Assembly (NCBI GenBank): GCA_964106915.2
Contig: OZ066927.1
Reading direction: 5' to 3' (one strand)
From: Podarcis gaigeae
Taxonomy: Eukaryota
DNA: 64,000 nucleotides
Shown: one piece after another, positions 12,960-22,970 of the stretch
Numbering within the stretch: the stretch's first letter is position 1
Layout of the letters: each line of letters starts with the position of its first letter
The notes under the pieces: model-generated
Told to the model about the DNA's origin: nothing
Seen by the model: only the letters and a program-made list of their open reading frames with translations
The model's database searches: none
Program-made: the position numbers and the translations under genes

Positions 12960-13627
12960 ACGGCAAATCTGCCAGTTTCAGTTCGCCTCAAGTTCTCATT
13001 TATCCAATCTTAAGATGACTTCTGCACATTTCCAAATCTGTTTGCAATTTTTATTTTTATTTTTAAAAGCCCTCAAGAAAATTTATCACCATTTAAAGGC
13101 TCATCCTCACATAGTTTTTACCCTGCTCTTTCCAGGCACAGCTCTGCGCTTTTAAGTTACATGTCCGAGCGTCCTTTTTTGGCCATGAAGACTTCCCTAC
13201 AAAACCCCCCTGCTCTTTAAAGCGGAAGTGCAACAAATGGCAATTAGGGTTTTCCATGGATTGTGGGTTTTCATGAGGAAAGCTCTGGAGGAGACAAAAG
13301 GCTGCTCAGACATGTAGCTTTAAAATACGGCACGTGTCCGGAAAGCATGGAGGAAAGAAAGGTGAGTGTGGATATGCCTTGAGTGCAAGTATCTCCTAAT
13401 ATGCACATTTTTTGTATGCAATTTTCCCACAGTGTGGGAAACAGGACGTTGAACTTGAGGGACCCCTGGTCTGATCCAGTTTCAGGGCACACCTTAGTTT
13501 CTTAGGGGCAACACAGTGTCTCAAGCCATGTGTTAAAATGCAGGACCTGTCAGATTCCTGTCAAGTTATCTCTGGGAATGCATGTGCACAATTTAAAGTG
13601 AAGCATGGAGTGGAAGCGGGAGGTTGA

Positions 13628-13940
13628 ACCCAAGAACAGCCTCCTGGATCAGGCCAATGGCCCTTCTAGTCCAGCATCCTGTTCTCACAGCCGGATGTCC
13701 CTATGGGAAACCCAGAAGCAGGACCCAAGCGCAAGAGTTGCTCTCCTGTCCTGTGGTTTCCAGCAACTGGTATCCAGAAGCATTGCTGTCTCTGATCATG
13801 AAGGCAGAGCATAGCCATCCTGGCTAGTAGCCATCAATAGCCCTCTCCTGCATGTATTTGTCCAATCCCCTTTTAAAACCATCCAATCACTGTCTCCTGT
13901 AAAATTAGAGTTTGCCTATGTGCTGTGTAAATAAGTACTT
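13628..13940 (-). mobile_element. CR1 LINE 3' end (another short copy at about 14074-14250)
   Basis: Same 3' UTR family as 557-992. Confidence 0.75.
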
Positions 13941-15095
13941 AATGCTGCCTTTAGCTTGCTTTCCCTTCCCCCAAAGCATCCTGAGAACTGTAGTTTGATG
14001 AGGAGGCTGAAAATGCTCTGTAAGAGATCATCTCCTCCCCAACAATTCACAAGGGTCCTCAGGGATAATGCTCATAAGAACGTAAGAAAATGCTGCTGGA
14101 TCAGGCCAGTGGCTCATCTAGTCCAACATCCTAGTGGCTCATCTAGTCGATTTCCCATACGCCAACCAGATGCCTGTGGGAAACCCGCAAGCAGGATTCG
14201 AGCACAAGACCCCTCTCCCCTTCTGTGGCCTCCAGAAACTGCTATTCAATTTGTGTATGTGTAGATCCAGGCATGCCCCGCTCCCCAAGTCTCCTTCACT
14301 TCATGGAGATTTATGGGGTCCTACAACCTGGCTGTGCTTTCTGCACCCCCACATTCAAGACCAAAGGGAGAAAACTCAGCACCGTCAATTTGCAATGCAA
14401 AGGCAATCTGCAGCCGTTCCTGTGCAGCTGCAGTAAAAAATGGCTGTGGGCTGCATCTGCATTCAGGCTGGATTCAGTCGGGTTGCAAGGACTCAAAAGG
14501 AAACGGGTTCACGTGTGCTGAATGATCCCTCCTCCCAAAGGTTCCCCAACTTTTTCAGGAGATAGCACCCTTTGAAAAAATGCGGGAGGGATTCCGCAAT
14601 GAATTTTGTAAAAGCAAGCAAAATAGCCCAGCCTGCAAAAGTGAAAAGGCAGTAACAGCTGGTCCTTTTGCAAAATACGTAATAGAGGCAGAGAAGGATG
14701 GCAGCATCTGCAGGATTTTTACAAGTTATTAAATTAATCCACTGCTTGTCCCCTAATCTAAGGGTGGGGAACCCGTGACTCTCCAGATGTTGTTGGACTG
14801 CAACTCCCAGCAGTCCCACCCGGCATGGGCTAAGGTCAGAGATGATGGGATGTGGAGTCCAGCCACATATGGAGGGCCACAGCCCCCCTGCTCTAAACCA
14901 AGGACTAGGTGGCTTTTCTCAGGCTGATTTTGAAGCAAATTGGCTTTCTTCCCAAGCCTTGTGTCCCATCCCAAGTGTTATTAAGCCTACAGAAAGAAGC
15001 ACCTTTCTTTTCCCCACAGTCTTTGAAACATGGTCATTCTAGTATCACCACAAAATAAATTCAGGTCATGACGGCTAATGGTTTGCAACAGAGGA

Positions 15096-15105
15096 TGTCA
15101 CCACA
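15096..15105 (-). promoter_or_regulatory. Candidate post-stop 5' splice donor of the betaII exon (TGTG|GTGACA), exon end at 15102
   Basis: The motif is in the sequence 68 nt after the betaII stop. It matches my recollection of the mammalian donor that joins the betaII exon to the betaI exon. Confidence 0.6.
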
Positions 15106-15169
15106 ACAGCTGCCGGGAGTAGATGGTAATGGATGCGGGAGGGTGATGCTTATGGTCTACAATGGCTAC

Positions 15170-15328
15170 TTAGCTCTTGACTTCAGCTTTAAAAAACTCA
15201 GAGTTACAAAAGGAAAATCCTTCGAATTCTGATTGGTCAATGTTCCTGATGACTTCCTGGTCGGGTGGTGTTAAGACAGGTGGGTGGCGAGTGAAAAACC
15301 GGTCGAAGTTTTCGGCGTTTCGTCCGCA
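15170..15328 (-). CDS. PRKCB: PKC-betaII-specific V5 exon, [52 protein letters not shown]
   Basis: Acceptor ttcatag|TGC after a long polypyrimidine tract; 52 codons then TAA at 15170-15172; NFD, turn motif LTPPD, hydrophobic motif FEGFSF. Confidence 0.97.
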   Translation of the reverse strand, partial: CGRNAENFDRFFTRHPPVLTPPDQEVIRNIDQSEFEGFSFCNSEFFKAEVKS

Positions 15329-16011
15329 CTATGAAAGGGGAAAAAAAGAACTCATGGTAGGTGGCGAAAAGGGGGAAAGAAAAGCGGGAGGAGGAGAAAA
15401 AAAACAAAAACCAACCCAAATGCAAAAGTCGGAGGTGGTTTTTGCCACATCCCCACCCCGTCCCAGGCTCCAGCCCCCCACCCCCGCCCCTGGTGGTCAG
15501 GCAAAGTATCTCCAAATGAGCAAAACGAGGTGAACGAAAAAAGAAACAATGCAAAATACTTATGACTCCTTTGGCGGGAGGGTGGATCTGATTGCAACCG
15601 CGGAGTATTTTGTCATGGAGGTGCTGGGGAACTGATAAGCTGTCAGCCAGCCACCCGGCAAGTAATTGTAGGAGAAGGATGAGATGACAGGGCAATTACT
15701 TGCAGAACTCCACCAGCCGCATGCAATACCGTACCTGTCCCAGAATGTGCCACATGCATGGGAAGGTGTGTGTGTGCGGGGTGGCATCTCTCTTTTGGAA
15801 AAACAAACACATTATACTTGTATATCCTGCTCCTGCACAGAGTTCTCCATCGTCTCCCATCCAAGGGACAGATCAGGTTCACACCCGCTTAGCTTCAGCC
15901 AGGCTGCAGCCTCAGGTGTCCCCAGACCGCACCCTCTTGCAAAAAAAAGAGAGACTGGAGTTTCAGCAACATGCTTCCGGGGACCTGTGCCCCCGCTCCA
16001 TTTTAAGCCCA

Positions 16012-16316
16012 ATCAGAAGGTCGGCGGTTTGAATCCCCGCGACGGGGTGAGCTCCCGTTGTTCGGTCCCTGCTCCTGCCAACCTAGCAGTTCGAAAGCAC
16101 GAAGTGCAAGTAGATAAATAAGTACCACTCCAGCGGGAAGGTAAACAGCGTTTCCGTGCACTGCTCTGGTTTGCCAGAAGCAGCTTAGTCATGCTGGCCA
16201 CATGACCCGGAAGCTGTATGCCGGCTCCCTCGGCCAATAAAGCGAGATGAGCGCCGCAACCCCAGAGTCGGCCACGACTGGACCTAATGGTCAGGGGTTC
16301 CTTTACCTTTACCTTT
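16012..16316 (+). mobile_element. Sauria SINE, 5'-truncated
   Basis: Body closely matches the other copies in the window; ends in (ACCTTT)n. Confidence 0.9.
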
Positions 16317-18096
16317 TTAAAAACCGGCTGCTCAATCTGACAAGGCACCAAGGGGATACCACTACTGAGAACCACTGCCCACTTCTGGGCACATAGGTTC
16401 ACCCCAATCTCCCCTCAGAAAGGCCAGGAAATCTGCTGTGAGAACAACAGTATTTCAATTACCAAGGAGTCCAAACTAGGCACTGTGACACACCTGTCTG
16501 TTTACCCCTCTTCTCTTCCAACTGTAACATTGAGTCATAAGCCCTCATTTTGCATATTTTCTAGGCCCTTCCCCCACCCCACCTCACATGAATGGCTGCT
16601 TCTGGAAGGGAAGGAAACCAAGGAAAGAACGATGTCACACATGGCAGGGAGGACCAAATTGGTCGAGATAGCAAGCCAGGTGTGACTGCAGTTGTGCGAT
16701 CCCCTCGCCCCCACAGCAGATCGCAAGTGCAGACACTATAATGTCTACTTTGAGGCTGGGTTCCTCGGAGGAAGAGTTTGATCAACCAGTCATTGCCATG
16801 ATAGCTTGGGGCATCTGCTGAGTCATTTCGTTGAGCAGCACCACTTATGCAAGTTCTCAAGATTTCATTTCATGGAAACACTTACGGCACACCCATTTTC
16901 AGACAAATCAAGTTTCAGCGGCTGAGGGCCATTGTTTGTAAGAACCAATGATTAAAGAAGAATACCAGCATAGTTTCAGTTTCCCTCTGTTTCCCAAGTG
17001 TTTCCCATTAATTTGTGATTTCCTCCGTCCCCCCAAAAGAAGTCTGCATGAAAATTTGTTTGCATTTCCCTGAGAGTGCTCATTTTTGCACGTGATTCTG
17101 TCTGATGCAAGCATATTTTTTTTGCAACCAATTTTCCCAACACAAGGTAGTTTTGAACATTATTGTCACCAGGATATGCATTTTTAGAGAACTGCACCAT
17201 AAAATTCAGAGCAGTGTGGAGTTCCAAGGATGTGCTTCAGTTTGTTCACTGGCCGGCAATTGCAAATTGAGTACATCCAAAGTAACAAGAGAACAGGAAA
17301 AAATTATCTCCCTGCCCCCCACCCAAATCCCTATAATCCAAGCCTTTGCCTGCGCCTACTGGGCTGTTTGGGTTGCGATCTATCAGCTCTGAAAAGAGGA
17401 CCTTTAAGTGTCTAGCTCATACATTGCAAGCTCAGAGAGGATGCTTTTAAGGGAACACAAGAACATCTTCTATGGGATTCGACTCTGCCAATCAAAGGGC
17501 TTGTCAGCGTCAGCATTAATGGCTTCCCTTTAATGGTGACTGAACTGTTGTTCATATCAAACGGACCATCTAAGCCTTGCTCTCTTGGCGTGATGCCCTC
17601 AGAGGAAATGGAGGCGCTTAGAAGTACCGTACATCCCTCCTTCATGCACACACACAGTTTTTAAAAAGTAGCCACTCATCCCAGGCAGTAGCTTTTTTCA
17701 CCGCTGTGTTTTTACCCCCTGCATGGTATTTAACTTTCATTTGCTAAGAAAAACAATTTGCATTTTTAATAAACGTAACAGCAGGCTCTTAAAAAAAATT
17801 AATTATTCAAGGCAAACACTTGCAAACTGTCAAGCCTCTTCAGCTTCTCACAACTGGGAGCTTGTAGCAGGGAAAGGAGGCTACTCTGGGGTCCACGTAT
17901 TCCTTCCCCAAATCCCACGACCACCGCAGGATCTTTCAGCAAAAAGTGCCCCACCACCAACCTTCCTTTCCAGAGATCCAAGCAGAAAGCTGTTCCCATC
18001 ATGCTGAGTCCACTGGAACCCAGAAAGTGGCCTCATACCAGGTTCCAATATTTGCCCATCAAACAGCAGTGTCATGGGCAAAAAAGGTCTTCTCAT

Positions 18097-18099
<3 letters not shown>

Positions 18100-18135
<36 letters not shown>
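18100..18135. repeat. (CT)18 microsatellite
   Basis: Direct reading. Confidence 0.98.
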
Positions 18136-18137
<2 letters not shown>

Positions 18138-18997
18138 CCATAACCAGAGATTGAACTCACAACCTTTCCCATGAAAAGCATAATAATTTTGTCCACCAGT
18201 GAAATACAGTCCCTCCCCATAACCATTGGAGGTAGTGTTGAGTGAGGTCTGATTTCAGCAGAGACATTTACCATGGGCTACAGCTGGAAGGTACCCAAGG
18301 GTCATCTAATCCAACCCCCTGCCATGCAGGAATTGCAGCTAAATAATTCCTGACAGATGACCACCCCACTTCTGCTTAAAAACCTCCAATGAAGGAGAGT
18401 CCAACACCTTCCAAGGAAGTCCTTTAGATTCTTTTGGAATCTTAGGAAAGGCTGGATTCTTTTAGAACCTGCTGCTGTATCCAATCTAGTGCTAGGTTAA
18501 AGTCACTTAGCGGTATACTTGTTCCACTCGTTTTGCACCAGTGAAATGTTGTTGCACAAGATAACGCATAAGCAGGTTGCTGGCAACTTTGTGGCACAAC
18601 GGATTGCGAAATCCATGGTGCAATCAGTTTCTGTTAGCGCAGGTATGGCGTCGGATTCATCTGTTGAGCAACATTAAAACTCACTTTGCACTAGAGAGCC
18701 CTATGCCTGGAAAATCCAAGAGCTAATTTGCGTCCCCGAAGAGGCCTATCGAAAATATGAGAAGAGCAGATATGCTGTGTTTTGGCTTGTGGTCTCTGGA
18801 AGCACAGATAGCCTGAGACCTGGATATGCCCCCTGCTACAAGGAGAACCTAATTTCCTAAGGCCAGTGGGGGCTGCTAACTTCTAGACATCTGGTCCTGC
18901 TGAAATAAATAAAAGGAGAGGGGCCTTTTCAGGGGTGGTCTCTCCTTAGATAGGCTCCTAGGCAAGCCCTGGTTCAAATCTCAATCATGCCCCAATT

Positions 18998-19172
18998 AGG
19001 AACACAGGAAGATACCATATACAAAGTCAAACCAATGGTCCATCTAGCCCAGTGTTGTCTACACTGGCTGGCAGTCGGTTTCCAGGGTTTGAGGCAGGGA
19101 CTCTTCCTAAGCCCTTCCTGTAGATGCCATTGGGGGTTGAACCTGGGACGTTCTGCATGCAAAGCAGGTTGT
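18998..19172 (-). mobile_element. Squam2-like SINE
   Basis: Similarity to the other copies in the window. Confidence 0.75.
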
Positions 19173-20353
19173 GCTGTATCAAAGGTGAACTGCTCCAGAA
19201 GCTGTGCTTATGCCATGTTGGCACTCAAGATAACCCTTTCATTAATCAAAAGCTGCTGTGGTTCTGGGCTCATACATCTTCAGATATGCCTGCTTTGATA
19301 TACTAATTGGCTTGCTTTGATGGTACCCTTATCCATGGGAACTGGGATGTTGGGCTCCGAGCCCAGAAGAGGAACTATCTGTAATGTTTTGGGTACCGGC
19401 CACCTACAGCCTGGCCATCTCCTTGCTGTGGAGCCCATCCCATGGAAGGCTTTGAGCTGGGCCAAGGGGAACTGACAGGCTGCTGTGCTGTAAGCCAATG
19501 CCTTTCTTCAATAAAAGCATCAGAACTGGCCATTCTGGTGTCTTTTGGATCCTCCTGCGTCTCACAAACTCCCACAAGCTTTCCTCCAGCTCTGCAACTG
19601 TGGTTTGGGTTTACAACACAGGTGCTCTGCCAATGGCCCTTCCCCAAGCTGGGCAAGCTCTCAGCCTGCACTTCTTCCCTCTTCAATAATGATCTACCAA
19701 AGAGTGTTATCGGGAAAATCTCTAAAACCATGTCAGGGAAATGCTTTGGAGATTCTGCAACGTTCTATAGTGTGACAAGTGTCACTCTTACTCAGGGGCC
19801 AGTGGGAAAGCAAAGCATGTTTGGGGAAGGAGCAAGAGCCCCTCTTTACCCCCCCCCCTTTGAGTGCAGGAGCCAAACAGCAATCCTGTAACGAAGGTGC
19901 AAGGTTGCTCTTGCCATTTTCATTTTGGATAGCGGAGTCTGCAGCTCACAGCTGCAAGAGGAGGAGTTTTATCAGCACGTGCACTGAGGCACTGAAACAT
20001 GCACAGGGTCTCTAAGAGCTGGATGTGCAGAACGGCTGTAAAAGGTAGCTAGCTGCCTGCCTGGATGTCTGTGTTTTTCTTTAAGCAGCTATTTTTTGGG
20101 GGTGGTGGTTATTAAGCCTTGGACATTTTTGAAAGCTGCTTCAAGCGCCTTCTCCACAAGCCACAAGTCTGCAACTGCGGAGAACTTCTTTTCCACATGA
20201 TTCACGTCCCAGAAGACAGCTTCAAAGACATTCGTCTCCTCTAACCCGACCTGACAGCAGCAAGTCTCACAGAGAATGACATTCGGAAATCAAAATGATT
20301 GAACAGCTCATGTGCCCCCGCGCTGTTCCCAGGAGCCCTTGCTTCCATGCAGG

Positions 20354-20355
<2 letters not shown>

Positions 20356-20389
<34 letters not shown>
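20356..20389. repeat. (TG)17 microsatellite
   Basis: Direct reading. Confidence 0.98.
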
Positions 20390-20390
<1 letters not shown>

Positions 20391-20799
20391 TACTCATCAT
20401 AATCATAGAATCACAGAACTGTAGAGTTGGAAGGGACCCCAAGGGTCATCTAGCTCAGTTGCCTGCATTGTAGGAATCAACCCCCTTAAGACAGATGGAA
20501 AGCACCTACTTAGCGGCACCATCCATGGATCAAATCTGAACATGGGGAATCACTTCCAAGAGGTATTCATGATGGCTCTTTATGTTTGCTTACTGCCTTG
20601 GAGGTTCACCAAACTAGCTGACCTGAAAAAGGTTTACCTAGCAGCAAAATGGGCAAGTGTTTTTGTGGACAAGCATTTGTAGGTCGGGCTTGGGGAGTGG
20701 GAAATGAAATGCAGAATGGTTATTTACTGGCCATAATAAATGATCATCCTATAAGATTCTTTCCCCTCCAACCTATTGCCCATATTGTTTTTTTTAATA

Positions 20800-21055
20800 G
20801 GACAGCATCTACACTTTGGAACTCCCTGCCTATTGACACCAGGCAAGCACTTTCGCTGTGCTCGTTCTGGTGCCTGCTACAAACATTCTTGTTTAGACAA
20901 GCCTACCCAGATGTTTTAAAAGTTGATGTGATTTTTAATCTGTTCTCAGTCTGTTGTTATTTTGCCTTCCTGCAAGTTTTACCTTATTGTTAATTCTTCT
21001 TATTGTTTTGTAAACTATCTTGAGGTTTTTCTACATTCTAGTGGTGTATAAATAA
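20800..21055 (+). mobile_element. L2 LINE 3' end
   Basis: ASTLWNSLPIDTRQALSLCSFWCLLQTFLFRQAY C-terminus, T-rich UTR, TAAA tail. Confidence 0.7.
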
Positions 21056-21749
21056 GAATCAGCCAGCCGAGCTCCTCGCTGCATGGGCAGGCAGTGCAGT
21101 GCAGTGCAGTCTTGTGAACCCTCCATACCTCTTTCCCGCTCTCACCCAGTGTGCTTGCAAAGGACACAGCGCCACTGGATGAACCAATGGTCTGATTCTG
21201 TATAAGGCAGCTTCCTAGGGTCCTATGCTCCAAAAATGGAGCCATCCTCAGTCATGTCTTGAAACTGGCTTTCGCATCCGAAACAGAAGAGGAAAAAGGC
21301 AAGCCTAGGCCAGGCAGCAGTGTGGCAGGAAGCTCTACCTGCTTCTGTAAGCCTCACACGCCTGCCAGCTCAGCCTGCTCCTGGACGTGCAGCTAAACCT
21401 TTGAAAATACACTTGTCACTGCCTATTAGCTTCAGAAGCACCTGGTGCAGCAGAGACATCAGGCAGGGCGCCTGACAACACTGGCGGTAAAGGATGAGGG
21501 CTGTATCTCTCCTCCTCCCTGTTTCAGAATGAGGACTGTACTAGGAAAGGCTTTCTGCACTTGCAACATAGCCTTCACCAACCTGGTGTTGCCCAGATGT
21601 TCTGGGAAGTACAGCTCCCAGGTGTTTTGGATTACTATGGTGCCGTCATCCTGACTGGGGCTGATGGGAGTTGTCGTTCAAGACATCTCAACAGCATGAG
21701 GCTGGGGGAGGCTGGCATGATGGTTAGGTATTCCAACAAGATCCACCAT

Positions 21750-22196
21750 CAGTGGTTCTCAAAGTGGGAGGCAGGATTACTTAGGGGGCAGCTAAGAGGC
21801 AAGGGGGTGGCCTGGGGCACTGTAAATGACTATCAGACTTTGAAAAGATGGCATTACTGGATCAAGTACATCAGTCTTGTTGAATTAGTTAAACGAAATG
21901 TTTTAGCAGTATTTTGAATAAGTGTATAATTAATTGTCAGGGAAGTGGGTGGTGCTGTGGGTTAAGCCACAGAGTCTCGGCCAATAAAGCGAGATGAGCG
22001 CCACAACCCCAGAGTCGGTCATGACTGGACCTAATGGTCAGGGGTCCCTTTACCTTTACCTTACAATTAATTGTCACTTTTGAATTTTATTGGGTTATTA
22101 TCTTCTTTAGTGGGTCATGCAAACCACTGTTCTGAATCATGTTGGGGGTGAGTTTATGGAACCAAGGGGGCTACCTGAAAGAGTTTGGGAACACTG
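21750..22196. mobile_element. Old hAT-Charlie-like element hosting the deleted Sauria SINE
   Basis: Imperfect TIRs CAGTGGTTCTCAAAGT / AGTTTGGGAACACTG; no intact TSD. Confidence 0.45.
21940..22061 (+). mobile_element. Sauria SINE with large internal deletion
   Basis: 5' head joined directly to the 3' end and ACCTTT tail; TSD tataattaattgtca / tacaattaattgtca. Confidence 0.85.
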
Positions 22197-22636
22197 TGAT
22201 ACACCCCCCCCCAACAGCACCTGGTATTCAGAGATGAAGTGAAGCATTTAGCTACCAGGGCTTCAGCTGTTGATCCTTAACCAAACTCCTGGAAACTGCT
22301 GAGATTTCGAGGACCATCTGAGATGCAGAATGTGAGGGCTGCAAGCTCACAATGACAGCTGCAGCTCCAGCGCCATTGCCTGAAATGACCTTGATGGGGT
22401 ACTGCAGTGCATATTTAAAAGAACCGGACCCCTGGGGTGTGCGCGAGCATGTTTCTGCTTTCCCACAGAATGTAATTCAGCTTTTGCCCTTTGTACGGAT
22501 GAGATGTGACTACTGACCCTTGTTCCTCAAAGCGTTATGCAGCTCCATCCAGAAATAAACACTTTCACTCGCCAGCTGCACCCCACGCAAGCTGCAAACT
22601 CTTAATTGTATTGATTGATCCAGCAAGCAGCAAGCC

Positions 22637-22970
22637 TGTCATGGACTGGTTGGTTGGGAGGAACCAGCTGCGGAAGCCCCGAGGGAAGAAGGCTGAGAGC
22701 CTGGGGAGCAGTGGTGGGACAACTATGAGTGGTCAGAGGGAGAAGAGAGGGCAGACTGGGAGAAGAAGGTGTTGGAAGCTGAAGAGGTAACAGTAGTGAG
22801 TGGGGAGAGTCTGTGGCAGAGGGCAGTCCAGAGATAGAAGCAGAAGCAGAAGGGGAGGAAGACCAAGAGGCAGAGATGGGCCGTGCATTGTGAAGAGGGA
22901 TGCATGGCTCTCCCTCCTGCTGCGACAAGCTCCCCATCCCACTTGTCTCCCAGAACCAGAAGAGGCATGG
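22637..22970 (+). mobile_element. Truncated LTR related to the 46819 solo LTR
   Basis: Starts TGTCATGGACTGG (compare TGCCAGGGACTGG); shares GTGGTGGGA and CTCCCAGAAC motifs in the same order; purine-rich. Confidence 0.5.

Noticed and set aside
16013-16402. Recurring ORF family ...GHVASMTKPLL...SGTYLSTCT... found at several loci
   Set aside because: Antisense translations of Sauria SINE copies, not a protein family.
18485-18695. Region bounded by TCTAGTGC / GCACTAGA inverted repeat
   Set aside because: Only 8 bp of inverted repeat and no TSD; probably an old repeat but not supportable.
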